Shown here: one piece after another, positions 40,538 to 51,382 of the stretch | How positions within the stretch are numbered: the first letter of the stretch is position 1 | How the letters are laid out: each line of letters starts with the position of its first letter | Assembly: GCA_013334965.1 (NCBI GenBank) | Contig: JAAXWO010000010.1 | Span: 22,522 to 86,521, forward strand | Length of the DNA stretch: 64,000 nt | Direction of reading: 5' to 3' | Source: Chlorobiaceae bacterium | Lineage (GTDB): Bacteria; Bacteroidota; Chlorobiia; Chlorobiales; Chlorobiaceae | Made by a program: the position numbers and the translations under genes | The notes under the pieces: model-generated | The model's database searches: none | The model's input: only the letters and a program-made list of their open reading frames with translations | What the model was told of the DNA's origin: nothing

Positions 40538-40768
40538 CCACTATCCACTATCCACTATCCACTATCCACTATCCACTATCCACTATCCACTATCCACTAT
40601 CCACTATCCACTATCCACTATCCACTATCCACTATCCACTATCCACTATCCATTATCCACTATCCATTATCCACTATCCATTATCCATTATCCATTATCC
40701 ATTATCCATTATCCATTATCCATTATCCATTATCCATTATCCATTATCCATTATCCATTATCCATTAT
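40538..40768. repeat. Heptamer tandem array, 33 x CCA(C/T)TAT
   Basis: 231 bp; units 1-16 CCACTAT, 17-20 alternating, 21-33 CCATTAT. Confidence 0.97.
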
Positions 40769-40780
40769 CCCCCTCCCCCA

Positions 40781-40821
40781 TTAAAGCAATAACCCGGGCA
40801 TTTCCCGGGTTATTGCTTTAA
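40781..40821. terminator. Perfect 18-bp inverted repeat, bidirectional terminator
   Basis: TTAAAGCAATAACCCGGG-CATTT-CCCGGGTTATTGCTTTAA between convergent genes. Confidence 0.85.
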
Positions 40822-40856
40822 TAAGTCATACGCTCCAAGATCGAACGTCTGCTGAA

Positions 40857-43800
40857 CTACTTTATCCTCAATTTTGAGAGTTTGGCTTCCGGTGACAACG
40901 GGTAGATATGGATAACGTCCTTGTACCGTGAGTTCGCATTGACAGCATCACCGATCTTTTCGAATGAAATCGCCTGTTTGTATAGTGCTGCCGGACGCTT
41001 GCCATGCTTTGTGTATTTCGCTATAACCACCTGATATTCAAGAATGGCCTTTTCATACCATTTCTCGTTGAAATACGATTCAGCGATATAAAACTGCGCA
41101 TCACCGACCTGTGGAGATTTGGGGTTTGCCGCCATGAACGCAATAAAGTTGTCACGCGCACCGGAATAATCTTCATTCTGCAGCTTATCCATACCTGCCC
41201 TGAAGAAAGCATCATTTACCGCGTCGGATACGACAGGATCAGATTTTGGAGCAGAGGTTTTCTCAATTACAGACACCGCAGGAGCTGCATACGGCAAAGA
41301 TGGTTCGACAACCTTTGGGGCTGTTTTGTAGCGCGGATCATTGTAACGCTGAACAGGCTCAGCCGAAGCAGGTGCTGTTATCGGCACAGGTGTGTCAACC
41401 GATGCCAATGATTCTGCCGGTTTCGGCGAAGCAAGGGCAGAAGATGATGACTTGACAGAAGCCTCAGCCTGTTTTGCGGCCCATCTGGAGCGCCAGTCTT
41501 TGCGTGCCTGGGCAGCTGATACCGGCGCCGCTGCCATTGCGGGTTTTTCTAAATATTTAGGAGCTGACACAGGAGATGGCGCCATTGTCGGAGCCGAAGT
41601 CTCTACCTGAGCAGGAGATGCAACTGGAGCGTCTGACTGCTTTGCTGTCCATTTTGAGCGCCAGTCTTTGCGCTCCTGGACAGCTGGAGCTGGTGTCGCG
41701 GCTATTGCGGGTTTTTCTAAATATTTAGGAGCTGACACAGGAGGTGGCGCCATCGTCGGAACCGAAGTCTCTGCCTGAGCAGGAGATGCTACTGGAGCGT
41801 CTGACTGCTTTGCTGTCCATTTTGAGCGCCAGTCTTTGCGTTCCTGGGCAACTGGAGCTGGTATCGCGGCCGAAACAGGCGCGACAATCGATGCAGGAGT
41901 TTTTTCCACTTTCGGGGAGAGCGACGCTGACGCAACTGCAGGAGCTGAAACTTCAACTGGCGATGGTGATGCTGCCGAAACTGGCGATGAGACAGGAGCA
42001 TCGGCTTTCTTTGCTGCCAACGCGGTTCGCTTATCCTTGCGTCCTGCCGGGCTAGCAACTTCGAGAGGAGCCGCAACTACTGACAAAGCTGGCTTTTCTT
42101 CCGGTTTTGGTGAGAGCAGCGATGACGCAACTGCAGGAGCTGAAACTTCAACTGGAGATGGTGATGCTGCAGAAACTGACGTTGACACTGAAGCATCGGC
42201 CTTCTTTGCTGCCCACGAGGTTCGCTTATTCTTGCGCCCTGCCGGAGTTGCAACTTCGAGAGGAGCCGCAGCTACCGATAATGCAGGCTTTTCTTCCGGT
42301 TTTGGGGAGAGCGGCGATGAGGCTACTGCAGGAGCTGAAACTTCATCTGGCGATGGTGACGCTGCCGAAACTGGCGATGACAAAGGAGCGTCGGCTTTCT
42401 TTGCTGCCAACGCGGTGCGTTTATCCTTGCGCCCTGCCGGGCTTGCAACTGCGAGAGGAGCCACAGCTACCGATAATGCAGGCTTTTCTTCCGGTTTTGG
42501 GGAGAGCGGCGATGAGGCTACTGCAGGAGCTGAAACTTCATCTGGCGATGGTGACGCTGCCGAAGCTGGCGATGACGCAGGAGCATCGACTTTCTTTGCT
42601 GCCAACGCGGTGCGCTTATCCTTGCGCCCTGCCGGGCTTGCAACTGCGAGAGGAGCCGCAGCTAATGACAATGCAGGCATTTCTTCCGGTTTTGGGGAGA
42701 GCGACGATGAGGCAACTGCAGGAGCTGAAACGTCAAGTGGTGATGGTGATGCAGACGAAACTGACGATGACAAAGGAGCGTCGGCTTTCTTTGCCGCCCA
42801 TCTGGAGCGTTTATCCTTGCGCCCTGCCGGGGTTGTGGCGGAAACCGGAGTAGAAGTTTCAGCTACTGCAGGAGCAGCAAAAGGTGCAGATACCACAGCA
42901 GGAACAGGTACTTCTCCTGGGGCAGGCAATGCGACAGGAGCCTGAGAAGAATTTGAAGGAAGAGCATCAACCTGCTTTGCCGACAAATCAGAAACGCTCT
43001 CCTTGCGGATTTGGACGACCGGCGCAGGAGCCTCGACTACTGCAGGGGTTACCGACTGTTCAGGATGTATGACAGGTGCAGACGATACGACTGGCGCCGA
43101 AACATCTGCCGGCACAGGTGATACGACTGGTGACGGTACAGAAGCAGACACAGGAGGCTCCGCCTTTTTCCCTAACATTTTAGAGCCCTTGTCCTTGCGT
43201 GCAGGGATACCTGCAGCTGGTGCTGCAACCGGAGCAGGGGCATCTGTTAATGCAACTGTTTCGGATAATGCCGGAGCAGAAACAGAAATCAATCCTGAAC
43301 CTGCACTCAGTAACGGAGTATAAACCTTAACTGGCGCAAATGCGGGCTTTTCTGACAGGGTAACCGGCGCAGGAGCTTCGAAGACTGCCGGGGCGGCTGC
43401 TGGTTCTGGTATCGCAACCGGCGCAGGGGCTTCGACAACCGCCGGGGCGGCTGCTGGTTCTGGTATCGTAACCGGCGCAGGGGCTTCGACAACAGCCGGG
43501 GCGGCTGCTGGTTCTGGTATCGCAACCGGCGCAGGGGCTTCGACAACCGCCGGGGCGGCTGCTGGTTCTGGTATCGCAACCGGCGCAGGGGCTTCGACAA
43601 CCGCCGGGGCGGCTGCTGGTTCTGGTATCGCAACCGGCGCAGGGGCTTCGACAACCGCCGGGGCGACTGCTGGTTCTGGTATCGCAACCGGCGCAGGGGC
43701 TTTGACTACTGCCGGGGCGACTGCTGGTTCTGGTATCTCAACCGGTGCAGGGGCTTTGACTACTGCCGGGGCGACTGCTGGTTCTGGTATCTCAACCGGT

Positions 43801-44420
43801 GCAGGGGCTTTGACTACTGCCGGGGCGACTGCTGGTTCTGGTATCGCGGAGGGAACAGGTGTTCCTGGCTTGGCCGGTTTGACTGATGTGTTCTGTATGG
43901 AGCCCTTGACCGGCGTCTTAACCTTGACCGGTTCAGGCACTGGCTCAGGCGCTACTGCCGAAGGCGTCACTTTTGGCTTGACTGGTGCGGCAACTGGTGC
44001 AGGGGCGGGTTCCGGAGCAGCGACGGGAACTGGCGCATTGATAGCAGAAGGGGAAGAAAGATTCGCCGCTTTTGCTGCTGCGGCCTTCTGCATCATATCT
44101 TCCATGCCGATATACTGCTCTATTCTCTTGAGGCGTTTCTCAAGCTCGATGCTTTTTCTGACAAGGAGTGAGTCCTCTACATCTTGACGATTGATGGTTT
44201 GCTTATAATCGTGCCGCAATTCACTGATACCTCCGAGCAACGACGCCAACTCCTCACGTTGCTGGGTCATCTCCGAATAGGAGCCTGCCGATTGGGACTT
44301 TATTACCTGCGACTCTTCCTTGAGCTGGGCTACCTGGCCCTGGACGTAGGTCAGGTCGTTCTGGGTTGCACATGCTGAAAGCAACACGAAAGGGAGAAAC
44401 AGCAGTGGTCTGGTTTTCAT
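40857..44420 (-). CDS. cpoB: Tol-Pal protein CpoB/YbgF with about 950-aa Pro/Ala-rich repeat insertion
   Basis: Lipobox LSAC, N-terminal coiled coil, C-terminal TPR (AQFYIAESYF..KWYEKAILEYQ.VI); last gene of the tol-pal cluster. Confidence 0.8.
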   Translation of the reverse strand: MKTRPLLFLPFVLLSACATQNDLTYVQGQVAQLKEESQVIKSQSAGSYSEMTQQREELASLLGGISELRHDYKQTINRQDVEDSLLVRKSIELEKRLKRIEQYIGMEDMMQKAAAAKAANLSSPSAINAPVPVAAPEPAPAPVAAPVKPKVTPSAVAPEPVPEPVKVKTPVKGSIQNTSVKPAKPGTPVPSAIPEPAVAPAVVKAPAPVEIPEPAVAPAVVKAPAPVEIPEPAVAPAVVKAPAPVAIPEPAVAPAVVEAPAPVAIPEPAAAPAVVEAPAPVAIPEPAAAPAVVEAPAPVAIPEPAAAPAVVEAPAPVTIPEPAAAPAVVEAPAPVAIPEPAAAPAVFEAPAPVTLSEKPAFAPVKVYTPLLSAGSGLISVSAPALSETVALTDAPAPVAAPAAGIPARKDKGSKMLGKKAEPPVSASVPSPVVSPVPADVSAPVVSSAPVIHPEQSVTPAVVEAPAPVVQIRKESVSDLSAKQVDALPSNSSQAPVALPAPGEVPVPAVVSAPFAAPAVAETSTPVSATTPAGRKDKRSRWAAKKADAPLSSSVSSASPSPLDVSAPAVASSSLSPKPEEMPALSLAAAPLAVASPAGRKDKRTALAAKKVDAPASSPASAASPSPDEVSAPAVASSPLSPKPEEKPALSVAVAPLAVASPAGRKDKRTALAAKKADAPLSSPVSAASPSPDEVSAPAVASSPLSPKPEEKPALSVAAAPLEVATPAGRKNKRTSWAAKKADASVSTSVSAASPSPVEVSAPAVASSLLSPKPEEKPALSVVAAPLEVASPAGRKDKRTALAAKKADAPVSSPVSAASPSPVEVSAPAVASASLSPKVEKTPASIVAPVSAAIPAPVAQERKDWRSKWTAKQSDAPVASPAQAETSVPTMAPPPVSAPKYLEKPAIAATPAPAVQERKDWRSKWTAKQSDAPVASPAQVETSAPTMAPSPVSAPKYLEKPAMAAAPVSAAQARKDWRSRWAAKQAEASVKSSSSALASPKPAESLASVDTPVPITAPASAEPVQRYNDPRYKTAPKVVEPSLPYAAPAVSVIEKTSAPKSDPVVSDAVNDAFFRAGMDKLQNEDYSGARDNFIAFMAANPKSPQVGDAQFYIAESYFNEKWYEKAILEYQVVIAKYTKHGKRPAALYKQAISFEKIGDAVNANSRYKDVIHIYPLSPEAKLSKLRIK

Positions 44421-44713
44421 CTTTGACCTGTTGTTTGTTCATTAGTGTCAATACCTGTGACAGGAACCGACCTGGTCAGAGGCATAAAAACTGTCGAAGA
44501 GAGGTCTTCTCGGGATTCTGTTGAACGCTGAAATCGCGTCTTTGTCGGCTGTTTAAATTTCAATAGCCCGACGTCAATAAGTCAGGCTATTGAAAATATC
44601 ATGTGACCGCATGTCATCGGGGATTAAGACCGGCCGGAAAAACCGGGTAAAATGCTCCCGGCCTTATACTCAAATCATTAAAGACGAATTCAAGGCAGTC
44701 CTGCCACAAGCTC

Positions 44714-45214
44714 TTATTTCGTTACGAAATGAGCCCGTCTGTTTTTCGCCCATGCCTCTTCGTTATGGCCTTGATCGAATGGACGCTCTTCACCATAGCT
44801 GACTGTCGACAAACGGGTACCTTTGACCCCGAGTGAACCCAGATACTCTTTGGCGGAAACTGCACGCCGTTCGCCAAGGGCGATATTGTATTCGTCAGTT
44901 CCCCGCTCGTCGCAGTGACCTTCTATGGTTACTGAAGATGCGTTGTTTTTCTGCAACCACGCAGCATTCTGCTTCAACTGTTCCTGGGCATCAGCACTCA
45001 GGGCCGCGCTGTCGAAATCATAGAAAATGTCACCAAGCACAGGGCCGGCAACGCCTCTTCCCGAACCGGTTCCTGAACCGGATTCTATACCGGATCCTGT
45101 TCCCGAGCCGGCTCCGGCTCCGGTTGAGTCTCCTGTCGAAACTGCACTTTTGGATGAACACCCGGCTAAAAGAATCATGGCCAGGCCGACAATACCAGGC
45201 AAAGTATTTTTCAT
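44714..45214 (-). CDS. pal: Peptidoglycan-associated lipoprotein (copy 2)
   Basis: LAGC lipobox, [27 protein letters not shown]. Confidence 0.9.
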   Translation of the reverse strand: MKNTLPGIVGLAMILLAGCSSKSAVSTGDSTGAGAGSGTGSGIESGSGTGSGRGVAGPVLGDIFYDFDSAALSADAQEQLKQNAAWLQKNNASSVTIEGHCDERGTDEYNIALGERRAVSAKEYLGSLGVKGTRLSTVSYGEERPFDQGHNEEAWAKNRRAHFVTK

Positions 45215-45311
45215 TCTGTTTCTATCGTTGAGCTGTTTACAAAAGTAGACCCGGAGAGCGTTACCGCTCCCCGGGCTATAATCATTTCAGAGCTGTAAAT
45301 ATAACTCTCTG

Positions 45312-45773
45312 TTATTCCTCGACAAAGTGAACTCTTCTGTTCTTTGCCCATGCCTCTTCGTTATGACCTGCATCGAAAGGACGCTCCTCGCCGTAGGTCA
45401 CGGTTTTCATGCGGGACGGATCGATACCGAGGCTCACGAGATACTCTTTGGCTGAAATGACCCTGCGCTCGCCGAGAGCCATGTTGTACTCGTTGGTTCC
45501 ACGCTCATCGCAATGACCTTCAAGAATGACCTTACGACCAGGGTTGGCAGCAAGCCAATTGGCATTTGTCTTCAACTGTGCCGTAGTTGACGGGGTCAGC
45601 TCCGAACGATCGTAATTGAAGAACACGTCGTTGAGAGGTGCGACCACAGGAGCCACAGGAGCTGGTGGCGGAGGTGGAGGAGGAGCGATTACTTCTTTAT
45701 CGCAGCAGCAGGCGCCGAGCAACATAAGGGCGGGAATGTAAAGAAATCTTGCTATTGGTTTGGCGTTAGACAT
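45312..45773 (-). CDS. pal: Peptidoglycan-associated lipoprotein (copy 1)
   Basis: LGAC lipobox, [26 protein letters not shown]. Confidence 0.88.
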   Translation of the reverse strand: MSNAKPIARFLYIPALMLLGACCCDKEVIAPPPPPPPAPVAPVVAPLNDVFFNYDRSELTPSTTAQLKTNANWLAANPGRKVILEGHCDERGTNEYNMALGERRVISAKEYLVSLGIDPSRMKTVTYGEERPFDAGHNEEAWAKNRRVHFVEE

Positions 45774-45824
45774 ATATCCTCCATGATTGGTTGACGAAAA
45801 AAAAATTTCTGCCTTGCGATCGGA

Positions 45825-47129
45825 CTATTTGATTACAGACCAGGATGGTTGCTGCTGCTCTCCTTCCATCTGAAGCAATGGCCTTTGATTGGTGCCATCG
45901 GCATTCATGACGAACAACTTTCTTCTCCCCTGACGAGTAGACGAGAAGACAATCATACTTCCATCCGGCGACCACGACGGATATTCATTATCCCTTGACC
46001 TGCTGGTGAGCTGGGATATGCCTGATCCGTCAGGAGCTATAGTAAATATATTTATTTCACCGTTTTTTTGCAGGGAAGAGTATGAAATTTTATCACCACC
46101 AGGGGACCATGAAGGCTGTGTATTGTAGTTTCCGCTGAAGGTCAACCTGCGGGCGACTCCACTGTTCATGTCCTGGATAAAAATCTGAGGCCGTCCTTCA
46201 CGCGTGGATACGAAAGCCATACGGGAACCGTCTGGCGAAAAGGTAGGTGAAACGTCAATCCCCCTGTTTCTGGTCAACCTCCTCGAAACAGTGCCGTCTG
46301 ACTTGATGAGATAAATCTCCTGATCCCCGTCAATGGAGAGCGTCGTCGCCAGCTCATCGGTCCCCGGAACCCATCCCGGATCGATACACACCCCAGCTTT
46401 TCTTACGGCGGCCGTCGTTTTGGTTGAAAGATTCTTTATGTAAAGGTCTGGCTTACCGCTGGTATAATCGGTCCAGGCAATATATCGTCCGTCAGGCGAC
46501 ACGGCCGGAGTGAGGGAAATCGATCTCGTGCTGGTTACCTGCTCGATGTTCGAACCATCGAAATCGCACATGTAGATCTCTTTTGCCCCTGACCGATTAG
46601 AAACAAACACTATTTTCGAACCGAAAACCGAACGTTTTCCAGTCAGCAACTCGATGAGATCGGCGCAGAACTGCAACGCCATCGGACGGAGTTGCTTCTC
46701 CTGGCCGGCGTACCACTTCTTGAGCATCTGCTTGCCGGTCACATCGTAAACCTCCATATCAAGATATGGCTCACCCTTCTTTCTGGTAAGGGTGCCGGTT
46801 ACGTAGACATCGCTACCCACCGAACCGATGGCCTCGAAATTGATAGTTCCGTTCTGGGCGTTCCTTATGTTCAGCGGTGCCGGCATCATGTTGAAAAGTC
46901 CGGTAAAATCAAGCCCGCCCTTGATGTTTGCATCAATGGTTTGACCCCATTCAGCCTCCTTGCTTCCCTTGGCAATCGTTTTGTCGAGCACAACGGAGAT
47001 ACGACCGGATGCCTGTTTGCTTATTTCGATCACATCGATTATCTCTTCAGCCCTGAGCAGAACAGGCATAAGCAACTGAAACCAGAGCATCATGGACAAG
47101 CCAGCTACAAGTATTTTCCTGAACGTCAT
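45825..47129 (-). CDS. tolB: Tol-Pal beta-propeller protein TolB
   Basis: TolB N-domain and repeated P.WSPDG (PD40) motifs. Confidence 0.92.
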   Translation of the reverse strand: MTFRKILVAGLSMMLWFQLLMPVLLRAEEIIDVIEISKQASGRISVVLDKTIAKGSKEAEWGQTIDANIKGGLDFTGLFNMMPAPLNIRNAQNGTINFEAIGSVGSDVYVTGTLTRKKGEPYLDMEVYDVTGKQMLKKWYAGQEKQLRPMALQFCADLIELLTGKRSVFGSKIVFVSNRSGAKEIYMCDFDGSNIEQVTSTRSISLTPAVSPDGRYIAWTDYTSGKPDLYIKNLSTKTTAAVRKAGVCIDPGWVPGTDELATTLSIDGDQEIYLIKSDGTVSRRLTRNRGIDVSPTFSPDGSRMAFVSTREGRPQIFIQDMNSGVARRLTFSGNYNTQPSWSPGGDKISYSSLQKNGEINIFTIAPDGSGISQLTSRSRDNEYPSWSPDGSMIVFSSTRQGRRKLFVMNADGTNQRPLLQMEGEQQQPSWSVIK

Positions 47130-47309
47130 AATATTTTCAGTGGTGTGATATTAACGCAAGCCTCTTCATCGCGACAGTGAAAAAAACGGGATTAAACTAA
47201 TTGGTGGTTCCTGAGCTTCCGACAACATATCATCTCAAACAATACACTTATATAATTTAATAATTCCCTGACGATCAACTCTCTGGTCGCCATTAATTCC
47301 AGAGTAATT

Positions 47310-48269
47310 TCATCTTTCCTGGACGAGACCCTGTTTCGGGGTAAACTTTAAATCGTATATGATGCCTCTCGGACCGTATTCCCTTGGGGGAGGCGGAAAT
47401 GGCACTGACTTCTGCAGGGTAATGAGGACTGAATTATTCATGTACTCACTCGGGGCGCGCTTTAAAAATGTCTGATCCCCGATCGTTCCATCGGGAAGAA
47501 TCCTGACCCTTACCGTGACCTCCATGGCGCTCATGTTCCGAAGCATCGGTGCTGGAGGAGGAGTCCAATTGTTTGTAATGATCTCAAAAATTTTTGCCTT
47601 GTAGGGATCAACAGCTCCCCCACCGGTGCCATACGCTCCGCCACCACCACCGCGGCCACTCCCGACGGGTGCCGGTCCGCCTCCGCCCTGTGCATTCAAT
47701 TTTTTCTGAAGGTTGGCCATGGCGCTGCTCATGTCGCTGACATCGCTTCCGGCGCTTGCAGGCGGTTTCTGTGTCGTCGTTTTTTTCGCAAGCTGATCAA
47801 GGGCGTTATTCATATTCTGCTGGCGCAGCTTTGCCGCATCGACCGGCGGCTCCTTTTTCGGCGCGACGACGGGCTCCGGAACCTTTTTGACGACGACTGG
47901 ATCCGGGACCTTCTTGACGACGACAGGCTCAGGCATCTTCTTTGGTTGCGGAACCGGCGGCGCTGGAACCTTTTTTACTGCGACAGGTTCTGGCACCTTC
48001 TTTACTACCGGTGCAGGAGCAGGCGCAGGTGGTTCCTTTACTTCTACAGGAGCGGGTTCAGGAAGGCTTTTCGGCCCACCTGCCGGACCGGGAAGACCAG
48101 GAAGAGAGACGAGGCTGACGCTGACGATCTTTGTTGGCGGGTGAGTCCGGACGTAAAACACCTGAAGAACAATAACGGCAATAATCACGGCAACGTGTGC
48201 CGCCGCCGCAATGCCTAACCAGACGGAAAACTTCCTCTGCGCCTGTCTGAGTTCATCCCTTGTGTTCAT
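47310..48269 (-). CDS. TolA/TonB-family energy transducer
   Basis: N-terminal TM helix with His, Pro/Lys-rich linker, TonB_C-like C-terminus. Confidence 0.85.
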   Translation of the reverse strand: MNTRDELRQAQRKFSVWLGIAAAAHVAVIIAVIVLQVFYVRTHPPTKIVSVSLVSLPGLPGPAGGPKSLPEPAPVEVKEPPAPAPAPVVKKVPEPVAVKKVPAPPVPQPKKMPEPVVVKKVPDPVVVKKVPEPVVAPKKEPPVDAAKLRQQNMNNALDQLAKKTTTQKPPASAGSDVSDMSSAMANLQKKLNAQGGGGPAPVGSGRGGGGGAYGTGGGAVDPYKAKIFEIITNNWTPPPAPMLRNMSAMEVTVRVRILPDGTIGDQTFLKRAPSEYMNNSVLITLQKSVPFPPPPREYGPRGIIYDLKFTPKQGLVQER

Positions 48270-48284
48270 AGAGTGTCTGTCAAA

Positions 48285-48704
48285 TCAGCGTTTCCTGCCA
48301 TCCGAGACTGCTGGCTCGGTGACCATGCCGATTTTTTCGACCCCGGCCTCCCTGATTGAAGCCATGACCGACATAACGAATCCGTAAGGAAGGGATTTAT
48401 CAGCTTTCAGATAGACCTCTTCGGCCTTTTTGGATTCAAGAATCCTGGGCAGCCGTTCGGCTATCTCACTGGCTTCGAGCTGGTAATCGTTGATCATCAC
48501 TTTCCGTGATCCGTCGATGCTGATGATCAGCCCCTTCGAATCGACATCCATCTTTTCGTGCGTAGTCTGGGGAACGTCCACCTTGACCCCGCTGGTCATC
48601 ATGGGGGCTGTCACCATGAATATGACGAGCAGCACCAGCATGACGTCCACGAAAGGCGTCACGTTGATCTCGCTCATGAGCCTTGTTTTTTGTCCGGTCA
48701 TCAT
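48285..48704 (-). CDS. tolR: TolR/ExbD
   Basis: EINVTPFVDVMLVLLVIFMVTAP, LKADK. Confidence 0.92.
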   Translation of the reverse strand: MMTGQKTRLMSEINVTPFVDVMLVLLVIFMVTAPMMTSGVKVDVPQTTHEKMDVDSKGLIISIDGSRKVMINDYQLEASEIAERLPRILESKKAEEVYLKADKSLPYGFVMSVMASIREAGVEKIGMVTEPAVSDGRKR

Positions 48705-48721
48705 CGTTCGGGCCTCCCCGT

Positions 48722-49381
48722 TTACTGGTTGAGGTAGGAATCGATGAAGTCAGGGACAAAATCCTCAAGATCGCGTTCGATCTGGCCAATCTGCTGGGTG
48801 AAATAGTTGTAGCCCATAACGGCAGGAATAGCGGCGACCAGGCCGGTTGCCGTGGCAATAAGCGCCTCTGAAATACCTGGGGCGACTGCGACGAGCGACG
48901 CCGTTTTCATGAGGCCGATGTTCTGGAACGAGCTCATGATGCCCCAAACGGTGCCGAAAAGACCGATAAACGGAGCCGTGTTGCCGACAGTGGCCAGAAA
49001 TGGCACCAGATGGGTCAGACGTTTGCTTTCAGCGTTGACCTCCCTTTTGACGGCAAGGGTGATCCGCTCCCTCAACTGGGTGACGGTGCTCTTGTCGCGC
49101 ATCGAACTGTATTCGACATAACCGGCACGAAAAACCCTCGGCAAGGAACCGTTCCGGAAATTCTCACTCGAAGCGAAAAGCTTGTCGGCGTTCTGCACCT
49201 GAAAAAACGTATCGAGGAAATCCTGCGATTCGCTGATCGATTTCCTGACAAATCCGAACTTGTATGCTATGATCGCCCATGAGATGATCGAAAACATGAT
49301 CAACACGACGAGGACCAGTATTACTACCGGTCCTGCTCCTGAAAGCATCGAAACAATTCCGCCACCTGCATTTTCACTCAT
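48722..49381 (-). CDS. tolQ: TolQ/ExbB proton channel
   Basis: APFIGLFGTVWGIM, VAPGISEALIATA.GL. Confidence 0.92.
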   Translation of the reverse strand: MSENAGGGIVSMLSGAGPVVILVLVVLIMFSIISWAIIAYKFGFVRKSISESQDFLDTFFQVQNADKLFASSENFRNGSLPRVFRAGYVEYSSMRDKSTVTQLRERITLAVKREVNAESKRLTHLVPFLATVGNTAPFIGLFGTVWGIMSSFQNIGLMKTASLVAVAPGISEALIATATGLVAAIPAVMGYNYFTQQIGQIERDLEDFVPDFIDSYLNQ

Positions 49382-49407
49382 ATTCAGCTCGCTCTGATAG
49401 TTTCACG

Positions 49408-50985
49408 TTAAAAAGAGACCAGGTTCTGGACGACAAAGTAAGCCACCACGGAACCGGATATGGCACATAAGGTATTGACTAGATCGTTGTTAACAAAATG
49501 ATAGCCCTTTATCAGTTCGTTTACAACCTTGCTTCCATCGGAAGCGATACTGTGGGTACGTTCAGTAACCTTTTCCCTTATGGGGTCAAAGTACTGCGCC
49601 TGAATCGTAGCGCCAAAAAAGCTGTCGACAAGGCTGGAAAAAAGACCGGCAATGCCGATGATCAGCAGGGACTGAAGAATACCGACCTGATTGATCCAGG
49701 ACACGTTCAGGAAAATGGCGCTCGAACAGATAAGAAGCGATCCGAGAAATGAGGCGGAAGTTCCCGGGATTGATACGCCGCCTGAAGTCCCTACCGGCAC
49801 CTCCTTGAAGGTGGTCACGAGCCAGGCCTTGGGATTGGGCCACATCGTGCCGATTTCGGTAGCCCAGGTATCCGCCTGAACTGCGGCCAGAGTGCCAAGA
49901 TAGGCAAAAAATATAAAGGGATCAGCAGTCAGCGAATAGATCACCATCATGATCCACGCGACACCGCCGTTGGCATATACCTGGCCGGCATCCCGCTGTG
50001 AACCTTTTTCGAAGACGAGATCAAATTTGGCCTTGCGTTTGTGTCCGAGCTTCGAGAGGATGGAAGAGAGGAAGTAAAATGTCAGAAGCGGAACCGTCCA
50101 GACAAGTCCGCCGATGCCGAAAATGGTGGAACCGAGCAGAAAAGTTGCTGTGGCGCCACTATTGTTGAGAAACTTGACCTTGATCGAAAACAGCGCTACG
50201 GCAAGGGCGAACAGCCCGCCGAGAAGGAATCCCTCGATCGTCACCATTTTATTTACGTCGATCAGGTAAAGCACGTAAGCTATGGAGGCGGGAATGAAGA
50301 GGTTGTCGAGGCCGTAGGAGAGCAACGCCTCAACGGCTGTTGCAATAAGGGCGAGAAGAAGCGCAAGGCTGAGAAGCATCCACATGGGTTTTCCGGCGAG
50401 CCCCCCGGTAAAGGAGGCCTGAAACACGAAGAGCGAGACAGAAAGAATGAGCAGGCTTGAAACGAACATTGCCAGAGAACCTTCGACCGTCTTTCTGCTA
50501 CGGGTCATATGCTCTATATGGCGACCGCCGAAAGCAGTTCCGACAAGCGCTGCCAGGGCGTCGCTGATGCCCATAACCAGCATGGAGGTCTGAAGGATCC
50601 AGATGTGGGAATCCCACAGAAACAGTAATTGCAGTAACAGGGCCAGCGGGAACAGGACCGGCCCGTAACTGTTAACCGTCTCTTCAGGTCCTGATTTGCC
50701 GGGTTCACCGTGCAGGGACCTGAAAAAGCCGACACGCAGGCTCAAAAAACCGATTCCGGAAAAGAGCAGCGAGGCCAGCAGAGGATAGGCGTTTGACTTG
50801 AAGTATGAGGGGATGAAAAAAATCACCACACCCATGCTCAGATGCAACACTTTTCGGACGACAAGAGGACTTACGCTGAATTTCCTGGTCAGGAGCTCAC
50901 CAAGGACCAGAAAAGAACCGATGAGGGTCAGGAGGAGGCAAAACGACGGAAAATCCTGTGAGGATAGGGGCTGGATACTCAACAT
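49408..50985 (-). CDS. Phytol/dolichol-kinase-like (CTP_transf) plus DUF92 fusion membrane protein
   Basis: RKVLH, SDALAALVG, KTVEGS; GSQRDAGQVYANGG, ADTWATEIG, GTSGGVS, VNNDLVN. Confidence 0.82.
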   Translation of the reverse strand: MLSIQPLSSQDFPSFCLLLTLIGSFLVLGELLTRKFSVSPLVVRKVLHLSMGVVIFFIPSYFKSNAYPLLASLLFSGIGFLSLRVGFFRSLHGEPGKSGPEETVNSYGPVLFPLALLLQLLFLWDSHIWILQTSMLVMGISDALAALVGTAFGGRHIEHMTRSRKTVEGSLAMFVSSLLILSVSLFVFQASFTGGLAGKPMWMLLSLALLLALIATAVEALLSYGLDNLFIPASIAYVLYLIDVNKMVTIEGFLLGGLFALAVALFSIKVKFLNNSGATATFLLGSTIFGIGGLVWTVPLLTFYFLSSILSKLGHKRKAKFDLVFEKGSQRDAGQVYANGGVAWIMMVIYSLTADPFIFFAYLGTLAAVQADTWATEIGTMWPNPKAWLVTTFKEVPVGTSGGVSIPGTSASFLGSLLICSSAIFLNVSWINQVGILQSLLIIGIAGLFSSLVDSFFGATIQAQYFDPIREKVTERTHSIASDGSKVVNELIKGYHFVNNDLVNTLCAISGSVVAYFVVQNLVSF

Positions 50986-51289
50986 GGCACTGACGTTTAT
51001 AGGGTTGAAACATGACCGGCATGTGTCTGATTCCTTAGTTGGTAAAAATATGATTTTTTAATTTTTTACACCACCTGCCTTTCAGGAAATAATTTCTATT
51101 TTTCTACAGTTTTGGCCGCCCATCTCCTTGACTTAATAGCAGGGAAAATGTAACTTGCTTGCGTTTTCATTCTTAAACTGGCGCGACAACCGATCTATTG
51201 CAATGCCGTTTTCGACCAAAAATCGTCTTGATTCCACAATCGCCGGACGCCCGGGCAAATCCTGCCCAGCGGGTTATGCAGCCTCATGC

Positions 51290-51382
51290 ATGACAGTGCG
51301 TCACCTCCAGAACCTCCCCTTCTCCGGCATCGGTCAGGTAGTAGCTGTACCGGTAGTACAGGTACTTATTATCGTACACTGA
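51290..51382 (+). promoter_or_regulatory. Putative ilv-leu attenuator leader peptide (30 aa)
   Basis: MTVRHLQNLPFSGIGQVVAVPVVQVLIIVH; 10 of the last 14 codons are Val/Leu/Ile; T-run at about 51465-51476. Confidence 0.7.

Noticed and set aside
40483-40821. ORF encoding (T/I)IHYPLS repeats
   Set aside because: It is just the translation of the 7-bp tandem array; no evidence of coding.
41836-42945. 369-aa plus-strand Ala/Gly/Thr repeat ORF
   Set aside because: Antisense shadow of the cpoB repeat region.
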